Positions 36,201-49,363 of a stretch of DNA of 64,000 nt are shown here, piece by piece; positions within the stretch are counted from its first letter, which is position 1; each line of letters begins with the position of its first letter. Source of the DNA: Marsupella aquatica (lineage: Eukaryota > Plantae > Marchantiophyta); NCBI GenBank assembly GCA_973895155.1, contig OZ316892.1:7671251-7735250 (forward strand), in the 5' to 3' direction. Below the pieces are notes generated by a model. It had not been told where the DNA came from and did not search any database. It worked only from the letters and a program-made list of their open reading frames with translations. Position numbers and translations under genes: made by a program.

Positions 36201-39200
36201 CACACAAGCAAGTAGACTTAGAAGGAAAGTAGAAAGTGGATGCAGGAAGCATCACGCTTCAACAATTATCCAGAAGTTACAGATTACGATTAGAACAGAT
36301 AACTTGTTAGAGAAACAAGGGGGAAGAATAATATGACAAACCTTTGTTAGAAGGTCTGCTGGAATGTAGCGCAACAAATGGCCATCAGGATGCTTCTCTG
36401 ACCGCTCTTCCCCTTCAGTCCCATCCCCAGAATGACGAAGTAATGTTATCTCATTTGTAGTCGGAAGTACTCCTTCCTTCAAGAATCGCTTACCTAGAAG
36501 AGCATTTATGACAGATGACTTTCCTGAGTTAAATTCTCCCTGCAAGCAAAGCCGAAATTTAATGGTACAGAAGAGACGTGCGAAAGTTATGCACAACCGT
36601 TCATCGTAAACCCACACAGTGCAAACCAGTCAGATCCAAACTTTCTACTTCCTCCATGTTGGTCCGCCACCCAAACAATCACCAGGACAGAAAGCACAAA
36701 CAGAAATCTTTGGCAGAGAAGTTAAATCTTGAGACACTACCTAGAATAAGCTACCAGATTCCCTATGTGGAAAATTGCTGCTCGAGCGAAAACGATCCGG
36801 TCCATCCCTACATGAATGATGTGTTCGAAATCCCATCAAGGCTTTTACTTATTCTACCCACCAGGGGGCGTGATCCCGTGAAACTAGCTAAAGGGAGCAC
36901 TACTTGGAGCAGCGAAGAGAACATTGGCTGCTACCTCCAAAAAAATGTACAGAAGCCGGTCTATTTCTCACTCGCATATGAAGAAAGCTAATGCACAATA
37001 TATCTATGAAGGATCTCCATGAAGGAACCTCAGTGACCAGACTGTCAGATTTAAGGGAGCTTACCACCACAACCAGCAAGAATAGCTCGTCAAGCTGCTT
37101 CAGAGCGTCTCGCAGGAGAGAAATCTCCTCCATCTGTTTATCATGCCTCTCAGTTATGAATAAGCTATTCTCATCTCTGCCTGTAGATGACAATAATTCG
37201 CCTACTCAATTACTTAATGCCCCAAACAGACCAAAGTGCGAAATTGACTATTCGTCACTCGAAACGAAGCACAATTCAACAATGCGATATACCGTATGAC
37301 TTATAGATGGCTTCCTATGCCTACTAGCCGGATATCACAACTCGACAACAGAGCCCAAGCATGTCAGCTTAGGGCATTCTGACTTATTATATATAATACA
37401 AATGACTAATAGAACAGGCCGGAAGAGTTTACCTCTGGTGAAGCGGCTCGAACAAAGTCAAGCATAGCAGTAAGCAGTTTACGTTCCTCTTCCAAAACTA
37501 GCTTTGCCTGTTCATCAATGTCTAGAGCCACCTCAGGACTTCTTTCAACGGTAGGAAGCGAGCTGTCTTGAGATTCCAGTCCCAAAACACCAGCAGAAGA
37601 CACCTTGCCACTTCGAATGTCATTTGCATTTCCCTGCTCTTGTCTTGCAAGGGCCATGGCAGAGGACACCGCTGCCACATAGCTGGAGACATCTTCGCTG
37701 TCCATCACCATTGCTGCACTGAGAATAATTCCACTAGGTCCAGCTTGTACTAAGTTTAATGCCTCGCCCATACCTGTGTCCTTGTGAGAGTCCCAACCAG
37801 TAACATCCAGGAAAACAGGAATGCTGACTTCCTCACACACTTTTCTCACATAACTACTCAGATCCTCAGTATTTGAGCACTGGAGCAGTAGTAAGTCAGC
37901 CCCTTCCAATGCTGTTGCACTTCTGGCTGACTGAGAAGATGTCACAGTCCTAGCCACTAGAGGCAAAACAGCTGATTCTGATACCGCATTCTGCATCATT
38001 CTCCTTGCAACCACCGCCGGTAATCCTGCAGCATAATTGTTGCTCTCAAGTGAGTCCCTCAAAGTCTGAGCAGCCGGACATACTTTCAAACTTGGGGGAA
38101 TTGGATGACGAGAACATCAATTCTGTCTGGGTATGAATTACTCAATCTCGAACCTCACCAACAGAACGTAATGCTCCAGCACTGGCTCTACAGCAATACC
38201 CCTTTTGAAAGAAGTAGGCTACAAAAACAAGCATCGCTCCACCCGCAGTCGTTTCATTTAAATTGAAGTGGATCGTCTAAAACGGAGGTCGTCAAGAGGT
38301 TGGAACTGGGAAAAAGTTGGTAGCCATTCCATTAAACCCTAAATTGAACTCACATCCAGGTGCGAGCAAGTTAGGATGAACTTTCAATGGCCCTGCACTG
38401 AAGAATTGAAATACAACTTGAGTATAATTAAATTCAAAAAGAGGTAAAAAAATTGTTTCTCGAATTGGGCAATACCCCTGTTTGTACCGCACGCACTAGA
38501 ATTAATACTTGTCAATGTAGCACTTGCGGAAAAAGCGTGCGTGTTGATTTTCAAAGGTTAATTAAAAGAGGGGATTTTAATGAGGGAGCTTTAAATCACC
38601 ATCATCTGAGAGGACAACACCATCAGCTCCAGCGGCAGCTGCAATGTCTACTCGCTCAGCTACTAGTAGCTCTGCTCGTCCTCGCAAAATTGATTTGAGC
38701 ACACACGCTGCCTCGTACAGTCTCGCTCCACCTTCTCCTGCTATCCCTGATTCTAAAATCACCATCGTCAACCCCTCTGCTACAGCTGAACTCAAAGCAC
38801 CCAGAAATCCCTCCGGGCCTCCTTTCCCTTCCAACACCTCCAGCACCTGAACTCGCAGGACCAGCCCTGGAATTCGAACCTCTGCTCGTCGTACACCCCC
38901 TGGGAAGACTCCTTTCGTAGGCTGCTGCTTCTGATTGGACTCCACCTGGAATGTAGAGCTGCTGCTGCCACTGCTGATCTCTCCAGTATTGGCAGAATAA
39001 CTATCACTCCCTGACAATTCATCGCTCTTTGCTCCTTCCCAGGTACCTGAATTTGCAGGAGCTGACTCCTCTAAGGATTGAGAATCAGTTCTAGTAGTGC
39101 TAGAGAATGCCCAACGCCCAATGTGCGACCTGGCCTGAGAATTCAAGTGTTTCACTGTCCTCCCACCTTTCCCTCTGCACCTGGAATCAAATCCTGAACC

Positions 39201-39485
39201 GAATCTCAGCCTCATCACTTGCGTTTCAAAATCAAAAACGTTTCTAGAAAGGGCCAATGTGGGTGCAACATAAGATTTGCTGGAATTCATCCCCATGAGA
39301 GGGGTGACATTCCCACTAGAACTCGAGTCCTGCCTCCAGGAATGCAGGAGGGCTGTTCTGGCCCCCAGTATGAGCCCATTACTACAAGGCATCTTCCGAT
39401 TCCATGGCAATTCAGTTCCACGGACTGAGTTGTGGGTCAAATTCAGCACGGTCCCTGGTCTCGGCGAAGACATTGAGAGCTCCAT
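33279..39485 (-). CDS. FZL: FZL, chloroplast FZO/dynamin-like transmembrane GTPase, 11 exons, ~1076 aa
   Basis: Exons with GT-AG boundaries and consistent phase: 39485-38600, 38025-37433, 37133-37065, 36539-36342, 36190-36059, 35856-35770, 35592-35152, 34866-34699, 34251-33991, 33873-33758, 33558-33279 (sum 3231 nt). Ser-rich transit-peptide-like N-terminus, thiamine-phosphate-synthase-like region (ERVDIAAAAGADGVVLSD), G1 GEFNSGKS, G2 GVLPTTNE, G3 DTPG, G4 NKVD, two C-terminal hydrophobic segments and a coiled coil. Confidence 0.95.
34258..34680. repeat. ~212-bp tandem duplication filling FZL intron 8
   Basis: GATAAAAGGTGAAGATCA...GTGCCTTTCTGACAGA...TCATCTGAACAGTC...CCTAAATGGGCATATA...CAAAGTCCAATCxTACACAGAGCGG occurs twice. 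Confidence 0.85.
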
Positions 39486-39849
39486 GACGGCCTCGGTGCC
39501 AGGACTCAACAGAGCTTTCGGATTTCCGCCATCAGCACCAGCGATGGCGAGCTGCCGAGGACCATCAATGTCGTGCGGGCAAATAACCTCCTAGTGGGTT
39601 TGTGCACCTCCCCACATGGTCATTCGGGTGGGATCAACGGCTACTGGAGAGTGTGTATGTGAATCGACAGTCCACAGGAGGCCAATCTATCCAGGACAAT
39701 CTGATCGTGGACACCCACCTTGTGCTGGCAAGCCAATCAGGGCATGTCCCTCACACAGAGTCCACTTTTTTATTGACTCAAATACAGTCCATAAGATTGG
39801 ATTTGGATTTTATGTATCTACAGTACACTGTCAACTGCAATTCAAGCCC

Positions 39850-39985
39850 TTAGAATTTTATATCTCACATAAAATAAAAGTGTGATTCACATGGGGCTTA
39901 AAATTTTATATCTCACATTAAATAGTGTGATTCACATTGGGCTTAAAATTTTATATCTCTCATTAAATAGTGTGACTCACATTAT
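39850..39985. repeat. Tandem repeat, ~45-bp unit x3, upstream of FZL
   Basis: TTAAAATTTTATATCTCACATTAAATAGTGTGATTCACAT(T/G)GGGC occurs three times. Confidence 0.8.
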
Positions 39986-40611
39986 TTCAGGTGTCACTTT
40001 AATTTCAGGTCACATGAAGTCACACTTTTGGTCTCACTAATGGAGGTGTTTGCCTTACATACTGCACACGGAGTATTGAGGCATAGAACTGAGACTCAAA
40101 CTGACTCTCAATACGAAGTAAAGTGTGTGACTAACATACTTAATTAGTTTGATTTGGGCTAGGAAAATATTATTCACTCGATTTATTGTGAGTCACTCTA
40201 ATTTTATACTCACACTATTCACAGTGGACAGCGTAGTGAAGTCCTGGTCACATGTGCCGTGTCTGCCACAATGCCCCAGAAAAATTAGATCTTGGGCTGG
40301 AGTTCTTGAGAAGCTATTATTGCTAGTAATGCTATGATAAGAGGACCTTTGTACAGTTCAGGGTCTAGGACATTTTTATTAGGAGGAGAATTTTCAAAAA
40401 TAAAGAGTTGATTCAATCTTGAGCTGTTCTGGCCCCCAGTATTGGGTATTCTATTTCTAATTTTCAGGCCATTCAATCTTGGAAAGCATGAAGGGCATTG
40501 AACCAGCTCCTCTGCTGCTGGTGTAAACCACCACGAGGATATGCTATAGAAACCCTACTAAAGCACATATTCCTAACTATTGTAAGAATTCTTATCCGGA
40601 AAATAAGATTA

Positions 40612-40966
40612 TGTGGTTGAGTAAGTGACTTACACTCATAAGACAGCATGCACATGTGCAATGTCTCGACAAACACACAAATAGTCGATACAAGAGAGAC
40701 ACGACTCACCTCACCAGAGGTACGTCCAAGGGAAAACACAAGAAAACTTTATTGAACTCTAAACCCTTCGGCCATGTCAAATCTCCACAGACTAATCTCT
40801 CTCTACCATTCAACTGACTCCGTAACACTGAATCTAGTTCTATTCACTAACTAAGTCCTGCAAGTGAATATAATAGTAGCACATCTAACCATAACCAAGT
40901 GTGTGAGTACGGTTTAACTAGTTGGATTTATATAGGAAGTTTAGACCTAAAAGTAAATGCCTAACA
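40612..40966. mobile_element. Solo LTR, diverged, same family as 41855 and 44512
   Basis: Ends ...GCCTAACA. Its reverse complement aligns with the start of 44512-44859 (TGTTAGxCATTTACxxTTAGGTCTA). Core AATAGTCGA...CACCTC...TACGTCCAxGGGAAxACACAAGA..CTTTATTGxACTCTA is shared with 41855-42198. No clean TSD. Confidence 0.65.
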
Positions 40967-41442
40967 AATGTCCTACAGTAGTTAGAGGGCCAGAATTGGC
41001 TTCAGCCTCTTTTCCATTTTCTAACCAAACAATCACCCACTTTTGCAGGGATCATTTATTATAGTGTTGGACAGGACATAATTAATTTCTCTAGTTCCTC
41101 ACATGCTTTACTTTAATTCAGAAAATTGAGCAAAGCAAAATAATTCACTTTGATCACAAGTGGGATCAAAAGAGCCAAAAAGCCCAAGAGTTCCACAGAA
41201 CAGCACATGAACACAAACCCTATCTAGCCAAAAACTGGCCTGGTACACCCTCAGAATTAAACCGCACATGAGGGTCACAATGAGTAATTTGTCTAGAGGC
41301 CATATTAAGGCCAACAGCCTTGGCAACTATGCGTATGATTGAACTATGTAGCCTCAGCAAAGAAAAACCAAGTCTAGAGTCTGGACCTTCCTATACAAAG
41401 AGAGTATAATATTTTTATTTTTATTTTATTTTTAAAATTCAA

Positions 41443-43510
41443 GATGGCAGGTTGGTCCTGCTGAAGCATGTCCTTCGGGCAATTCCTGTCTACCATCTTA
41501 TGCTTTTCAATACTCAAAAGACAGGGTATTAGCAATTAGAACGGGTTTGTCGCACCTTCTTGTGGTGCCACAATTCGGACGGTGCCCTCAAAAAAGTTTT
41601 GGTTGCTTGAGACACTATTACTAGACCGTATGAAGATGGGGGATTGGCCATCCGATCGTTTGAGCTTCAATCCCACGTGTGTAAGATGAGGAGTAGATCA
41701 CTAAGCTCATCACTGGTTTTGACACTGCTTGGGTGAGCATGGCTAGGTCATTGATCACACTCACAGCTCAGACAGGGCCTCATTGTAAGGAGAGGAAACT
41801 TTGGGACCCTACTGATCTTCTCCTACTCTCCCCTAGCTTGAAGGTAGTGTATGCTGTTAAGTATAGACGACATTCGTAACGGCAAGCCCATGAACCATCC
41901 AACGCACAATAGTCGACATAGAGAGGTACGTGGTTCACCTCCACATGAGACTACGTCCACGGGAACACACAAGAGCTTTATTGCACTCTAGGCCGACCGG
42001 CCATACCAAACATCCACAGCACAAGCTCTCCCTATCTCTCAACTAGCTCCGTAACAATGAGCCTAAGTTCCACCAGGGTCTGGCATCAGCCCTGGCTATA
42101 TGCACAATAGCACTACCGCTAACATTAGCTAAGTCCTAACCTGAGTTAGACTAATTGTGGTTAGCTCATGAGTCACAAGACTAGAGCAATATCTAACATA
42201 TGCACCTACCCTCAGCTGTCTACTTAGGGGTTGGGAGCTCTCCCATTGTCATCTCCACTTTATCACAGCTGCTGGGCAAATTCCTTGTTCCATCTCAATT
42301 GCACAATTTCTCTTCCTTATGGAGCAGCAGCTGATTGTCACAGACACTGAGATGCGTGATGGTATGAGTTTTCTTGCAACCAGCAAGGTTTTTACTATGG
42401 AAGACCTCTCCACACTTGGGCATGGCTGGAAAACTGCAGAACAGGTTCAAGATTTGTTTTGATTGACACGACATATTGCTACCCAACTTCTTCCACAAAT
42501 CCTTGGTCTTTTGAACTCCTCCAAGGGGCCAACAATGGGGAGACTCCTGGCTTGCATTTGAGGGGTGGGTATGGAAATGGCCTAATGGCATGAAGAGAGG
42601 GTGACACCTTACTACCAAGACGTGGGCAGAAATGGTGCAACCACAATTTACCCCCATGGCCCAACTCAACCATAGGTGGTTCTCTCTTGACACACAATAA
42701 CTCTGGAGGAGCCGGTGGACACATCTATGGAAAGGTTGAACTTCACCTAGTGTTAAACTAGTGTTTTGGAAGGTGCTCCATGCAGGGTTTTCTCCAATTT
42801 GCGGGCTTTGAAATGGACGGTGAGTGATGGCCATTGCACTGCCTGCCAAGGACACATGGAGACCATTGAGCATATGTTCTACAATTGTCCTAGGCTGTCG
42901 TCTTGTTGGACTCATCTTGAGATCATTGCTATTGGCACCAGTCTGAACAAGGCTGCTGGATGCTTTTTCTTTGGTAAGATTGACACTGCTATTAGGTCCC
43001 AAAAGTGCAACCCTGGCTTCCTTCTCCTCATCCATGAGATGCTTAGCACCATCTGGGTTGAGCAACAACAACGTATCATGCTACCTCTACCAGGCTTCCA
43101 TTGCACATCATCCTCAATGGTGCTGCTGTTCAGTTCATGCTACCCTTCAGCGGACTCATAGTGTGCATAAGGTTAGACGATTACATCAGACCCTTCTTGA
43201 ACTCATTGAATTGACTGCTTGGCGTTCTACCGGCACTAGTCATGCATAGCTTAGGTCTTTACTGTTAGAGCCATGTTCATTCCAGTGTTGAGGCCCCCCT
43301 TTGCCAGGCAATGCCTTGTTTGTGTATTCATTGTGTAGCTTAGATTTTTTGTTCTTTCTCCTTGTGTACTGTTGGGGTGGTTGTTGGCATTTTGTCACCG
43401 TTTGAGGTGTGTGTGGCCCTCTGTGTGTTTTGATGTCTGCCTTGCTGGTCTTTGCCGCGGTGGCTTTTCTAATAAACTTGTATTTCCTCAAAAATAAATA
43501 AATAAATAAA
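41443..43510 (+). mobile_element. 5'-truncated, degenerate L1-type LINE (post-RT region and zf-RVT), interrupted by a solo LTR
   Basis: GRLVLLKHVLRAIPVYHLM and GGLAIRSF at 41446-41660, zf-RVT CTACQGHMETIEHMFYNC at 42835-42888. T-rich 3'UTR, AATAAA and an A5(TAAA)n tail at 43471-43510. Confidence 0.85.
41855..42198. mobile_element. Solo LTR (344 bp) nested in the L1
   Basis: TGTTA...TAACA termini with a perfect 5-bp TSD TATGC (41850-41854 and 42199-42203). Confidence 0.88.
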
Positions 43511-44511
43511 TATTTTTTTATTAAACTCAAAGCCCTTTAATTTTTACTTTCTTATTAAAAGGCTCTTTTGAGGATGGAACATCACGTTTCATAAGACGGT
43601 TGGATGGAACTTGCATGGACCATTATGAAACATTTTGTTTAATCAAATAGCATTTGTTCTTTCTATAAATTAATGCTCACTGTTTATAGGGAAGGTGCCT
43701 GGTCCATTGGAGTCCTGCAGCCCAATGTTATGGTCCATCAATTAACTTCACAAGTGGGACTTTGGATTTTATAACTCTTAGTTGATCTACAGGGTAGCTT
43801 ATATTGACCAGTTTCTAAATAGATAGCCAGGCAGTGTCTGTAAAATAGGGGGTCATCTGTACAGAAATACTTTCCAATGCTTTTGTCCCCATCAAACTAA
43901 CTTGCATTCCAATGTACAACTTACCTAGGGGGGTAATTGGCTTCCCCCCTTTGTCTAGAAGAAAAACAAATAAGCCAACTTTGCCATCCTTCAACTCCAT
44001 CAGCAGTCAACTTGGCAACCTATATATAACATCTAGAAATCGTGCTTGGTGACCCACTACCACCTGAGCTGAATTCACTCTAGCACTGGTGAGAATGGCT
44101 TAGGGGTTGCGCTATTTGGAGTCTGTGGGTGAATCGCAATGAGGTCTCTACCCTCGCATTTAACTTCACTATTGTTGTTAGATATTGGACCATCATCCAG
44201 GATTACATATATATTGTAGGCAAGCTACTGCTCTCCAAATTGTCTACTGCTATCTTAAGTACAGAAATGTGGATGACTACTTGCTGTTTTGGAACTCAAT
44301 TGGGCCCATCCCCACTTAGTCCCGTAGGGCTGCATCACATGTCCTTCATCTGGCTGTGTACTCACAATACATCCTCAATCCTGCCCTGGTGTGTGCCAGG
44401 TTGGTGTTTTTTGGGTTTCCTGACTCTGTTTTTACCCCCTACCATAACTATTGTCAGAGAATGGTGATGTGCAAGCAGGTTGTTGAGTTGTTGTTTCCAC
44501 TTGAGTTGCTT

Positions 44512-44859
44512 TGTTAGACATTTACGCTTAGGTCTAGAGTTACTATGTAACCATAGTTAGGTGCCAGGTTACAGTTAGATGTGCTACTACTAAATACATA
44601 CACAAGCAGAATGTTGTTAGTGAGTGGAACTTAGGCTCGTTGTTATGGACCTTGTTGGGAGATAAGAAGAGTTGTGTGTGTGGAGACTCGTTATGGACGA
44701 CGGGCTTAGAGTTTAGTAAAGTTCTCTTGTGTGTTCCCATGGACGAAGCCTCTAGTGAGGTGAAGCACATATCTTTTGTGTTGAATACTTTGGTGTTTGT
44801 TTGATGTTACACATGTGCATGATGTCTATGAGTAGTGATTGTTTAGTACTCAACTTACA
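44512..44859. mobile_element. Solo LTR (348 bp), opposite orientation to 41855
   Basis: TGTTAG...TTACA termini with a perfect 5-bp TSD TGCTT (44507-44511 and 44860-44864). Shares CTCTTGTGTGTTCCCxTGGACGxAG...GAGGTGAA with the reverse complement of 41855-42198. Confidence 0.85.
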
Positions 44860-45546
44860 TGCTTGTTATGTTGGGTTGTAAACTTTTACCTCGCAAAAAT
44901 TTGGATCCCACAATAAACAGTGTGTTACTAACACTAACTCCATATATATTAACAGGAATACAAAGTATGGAAATCAGTTCACATTATTTGTGGTCTGAAG
45001 GTTGGTACCAAAAGTGTTGTATGAATTTTGGTTTCAATTTTGAAGACACTATTTGGGTTTGGAAAAAATAATGTGAGCTGAAACAGTTATGGAGAAAATT
45101 AATTTTTGGATAATAACACAAATGTAACTAACCTATCATATTCACATTATGTATTTGAGTTTTAACGAGAATATTTCACAATTCTGTTAGTATGTTACTC
45201 TCACATTCCACTTGAGAAACATGCATTTGTACCTTGCAAGTATCACACTTGCAAGAGAGAGACTGGGGGTCTCACTATATGAAGGTCTTCCCATCACCTG
45301 CAAAGTTTTTAGGTCTCAAACCCCCTAAAATGTAAGATTTTTAAAAAAAATCAACCTCTATAAAGTTGGAATATTCTAAAAATTGATTAAAAACATCTAA
45401 TGTTCTTATAAGTCTCAAAAATGAATTTAAGAAACCCACTTGTTCTTCTGAGAAAATTCTTAAGTCTTCCTTTAGAACCAATAAAATGACCCTACCCGTT
45501 GTTGCATGTGATGTACCATTTTTGTGGAAGTGACACCCCCGAGGAA

Positions 45547-45790
45547 AAATATACACATATTTTTTACAGAAAAAGGCCAAATAGAGTACAAAAGAATAAA
45601 CAAGAGAGGTCCCAAGTGGACAAAACCAAATGCAAAAGAAGTGAGCAAAAGGAAACCCTAAAAACCAAGAAAGAGGAACTAAAAGAAGTGAGCAAAAGGA
45701 AACCCCTAAAAACCAAGAAAGAGGAACTAAAACTACCGCAAATGGACCGAGGTCCTCATCATACCTAGCAAATGTGGCAACAAGCTAGTG
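45547..45790 (-). mobile_element. 3'UTR-only copy of the CRE retrotransposon
   Basis: 244 bp matching 25502-25745 with 3 mismatches by eye. Possible 8-bp TSD CCCGAGGA at 45538-45545 and 45797-45804. Confidence 0.9.
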
Positions 45791-46909
45791 AGGACTCCCG
45801 AGGAGAGAGATGAATGAGTCTTGCTTTTGTACCTTGCAACTACTTTAGAGGTATTCTATGTCAATGTGAGCAAACGGGAATTTTGGTAGTGAGAAAAGTG
45901 TTGTTAGCAAGTCACTAGTGGTTTTAATCACTTTTGATTTTAGCTGCCTTTAAATTTTTTTAGAGTTTTTTTAAGACTCTAGATGGCTAGCAAGTTTGCT
46001 AGCTGAAAGAGGAGTCCCCAAAATGGATATAACCAACCAGGTTGTTGTTAGCAAGGTGGTTGGATACAGAAAAATAATGGTCATATGAGTACAAAAATTG
46101 CTCGTGCCAGGATTGAAATGTTTTACTGTTTCCTCACACGTTACAATGACTCCCAAGTAAAGTGTTATTTGAGCTCCAAAACGTCTCTAATCACAGATTA
46201 CTGTTACTCACATTATATACATAGTAGCACTAACTTTTGTAAAATGTATAGGTCATTCTCACTTCCCACCCCTTTGTATGGGTTATCTCTCACATTCCAC
46301 TTGAGAGACTTGCTTTTGTACCTTGCAATCTATTGAATAAAGTGCAGTCGAAAATAAGATAAGAGCCTATGGGAAGGTCCAGTACTTCTGGACTGAGATT
46401 TATGGGGTACCTAAAGGTAGGTTGAAAGTGGAATTTGAAATAAGCATATTTATGAGCAAGGCTTATACATTCGAGCTAATATTTAGACATTGAATCTAAT
46501 ATTACTCTTAATAAAGAGATCCTTTTTGTGCCCAAAAACAAAGGAATGCAGCCCATTAGGGGCAACAAGAACGTATTTTGATTGTCTGATAAGTTCATAT
46601 CACTGTGCTGCCCGATGGCAATATTTAGAGGATACAATCCATCGTCCAAAGCAGTAACTGTAGATACTCACATTCTCTCATAAGGGGGATGAGCCTGGAC
46701 TCGATTGGATATCATACATATATGGGGCCCACAACCACAGCACAATTTTCACGCTTTCAGTTCGTTATCCACGTTCACAGTCGATCATAAACTTTGTTGA
46801 GATTGTTTATTAACAATATATACATAAGAAACATATACCACCGACAAAACAGAAAAGACATAAAAACACGTACAAGATTTTGAGCTTTAGCTAGTAGTCC
46901 TGAGCTTTA

Positions 46910-47091
46910 GATGACTTTTCAGTTTGTTGCTGGCCTTTAGTTCTTTGTCATAGTATGGGACTCTCTTGGCTTTTTGGATTTCTGGTCTTTAGGGGTTGTC
47001 CCATTGTTTCCAACCCTTGTGGGGTCTCTTGTCTTTGGGATCATGTCTCCTGGTTGGATGTTGTTTGTTCTGTGCCAGCGTGTTATATATT
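46910..47091 (+). mobile_element. Short CRE-tail-like retroposed fragment
   Basis: ...TCTCTTGTCTTTGGGATCATGTCTCCTGGTTGGATGTTGTTTGTTCTGTGCCAGCGTGTTATATAT aligns with the reverse complement of 10651-10735. Confidence 0.5.
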
Positions 47092-47865
47092 GAGCTAGAC
47101 TCTATTGAGTAAATCTTGGCTCTGCCATTCTTTGAAATATCGGAAAGATATACCACACAATTAATTTTGAATAAAGGCCAAAATAGTTACCACAGAAATC
47201 ATGAGTCTAGAATGGACAAGGAAATCCTCAAATAAAAACAAAGGCCAAAAAATGTAAGCAATGAGAGATGGGTTTTTTGTTAGAAGTGATTTGGAAATTT
47301 CCAATGAGTCTAATATCTCTATTTTTCATGAGAAAAAGAGACTTATAAATTTCTAAAGATGACTCCGTAATGCTCACTCTCACACTTTGTGCTTTCAAGG
47401 GCATTCACTGTCTCCCTTGATGTTTTCTGGAGTCTGAGTTTTTGGGGTTTGTTTGAGACTGCTTGGAAAGATTTTCACTCAGAATTGAGAGCTTACAAAT
47501 TTCCTAAGATGACTGTCCAATGTCTAGCCACATTCTCCCTACGTCCGTTTAATATGTACTGTATGAGCAGATAAGAGGATTTCCCTGCAGTTACTCCTCC
47601 AGGTTGCAAAAGTATATCCAAGCCTTTTAGCAAAGGTGGAGGTATCATGGATTCTGGAGAAACCCATGAGAGGTCCTCCACAAACTACAGTTGGTGACCT
47701 TCCACAAACAAAGAAGAATGGAAAAGGTGAAGTAGGAGACGGAAAACGTGGAGTAGGTGAAGTTGGAGAAGCCTCGTTTACATGGTCATAAATGGAGTTC
47801 ATTCTTGTTCATGTGAAAGGTCATGAAGCACTTACCACCTTCCCTACATAACCTCCTCCCTAAAC

Positions 47866-47868
<3 letters not shown>

Positions 47869-47912
<44 letters not shown>
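47869..47912. repeat. (AT)22 microsatellite
   Basis: Direct reading of the sequence. Confidence 0.95.
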
Positions 47913-47914
<2 letters not shown>

Positions 47915-48779
47915 CCTACCCTGTAAAAAGCTTAACATAATATCCTACTGTAGATTCCCCATGCTAAAGATCATGTTTCCTTTGACACTAGAATTGAATG
48001 AGGAGTGCGGAAGAATATTTTGAAAAAGTCAGAAATGTGATATCAACCAACTCTTGTGACCAAACCAGGGATATTAGTTAATATTCGCCCTCAAGGTGCA
48101 CACCTCCCAATGAACTCAAGTGCATTATCATGCTAACGAATCTTACAGACACTGTAGAATTGGGTAAGAGGAAGACTTAGAAAGTAGATTCCTTCTCCAG
48201 TGTTTCAACTTATCTATTTGCTGAACAATTATTCGTATTTGTTCACACAACATCACCCTCACAAGTGGGCCCAATATTCCAATGACTTTGAACGAGTTTG
48301 AATTGGAGCAAAGCATCTTAAAAAATAATTAGTAGGTAAAGAAACTATTTAGGGTGCCTACATGATATGCGCAAAAACCCTAGTTCACTCTTCCTCCGCC
48401 AAACAATTTAAAAGTCCTTAACGAATTATGAAAAACCTTCATTCAGAAGAGTGTAATGGAGGGATGTTGTTCATTGAAATTAAAGGATAAGGTGCACCTT
48501 AAGTTTCATTTTTCTACAAGTAAACTCCCTGCTCAACTTGTCTTTTCTTTACCAATCAGCAGGTTCAATGGAATAGAAAAAGGAGAAATACAACCTCTGC
48601 ACGTGGTGCACATCCGACAACACTGGGTAAGGAACCAAATATAACCACAACAAGACTAACCCTTACCCCTCATGCACTCTTTCACCCAAGGACAGTGCAA
48701 ACATCTGAGACCGACATCTGAAAAAAAGAAGACAACAGCCAAACAATATAAGTTTGAGTGTCTGGTTTATTAATATTAA

Positions 48780-49090
48780 CCAAGGACTTGAGCTCTTGGT
48801 TTTAGAGTCACTCCGTACTCGTAGTTAGTCTAATTATAGTCAAATATACTTGATTCTGGTTACATGTGCCACTCACAAGCAAGACTTAGCTTATGAATGG
48901 AGCTTAGGTTCATTGTAAGTTGGAGAGATATGGAAAGATAAGTCTGTGAAGGCTTGGTATGGTGGAGGTGCCTATATAACAAAACTCTCTTGTGTGTTTA
49001 CATGGTCATAACCTAGATGGTGAGGTGAACCATATATTTATTGTGTTAACTATTGTGTGTTTATTCGATATTGCACAGTACATGTTATCT
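48780..49090. mobile_element. Degenerate solo-LTR remnant, same family as 41855 and 44512
   Basis: CTTAGGTTCATTGT...GAGAGATA...TTGGTATGG...CTCTTGTGTGTT...GAGGTGAACCA...ACTATTGTG is colinear with the reverse complement of 41855-42198. Ends unclear. Confidence 0.6.
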
Positions 49091-49363
49091 TTGACTAAAG
49101 GTAGTTTATGAACATAAATTTATTACTGACATATCTTGAACCATGTTCCATTATGAACAAGTTTATCAACATATCTTGAACCATGTTCCATGATGAACAT
49201 GCTGTAACGCAAGATCCTGCCAAACTATCAAGTGTGGCAAAGTGATAGTGTGGGAAAACTGAAAATTGGCCTGGCAATGCTGGTGGTCTGGCATTTATAG
49301 GTCATTAGCCCTGAATGCCCAAGAGTTGCTCATAGATAGGCCAGGTTTACCTGATGGGCAAGT

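Noticed and set aside
37900-38900. Thiamine-phosphate-synthase-like domain fused to a dynamin GTPase as a novel fusion
   Set aside because: This is the known architecture of plant FZL.
42295-43071. 258-aa minus-strand ORF
   Set aside because: Antisense to the degenerate L1 coding region, with no independent motif.
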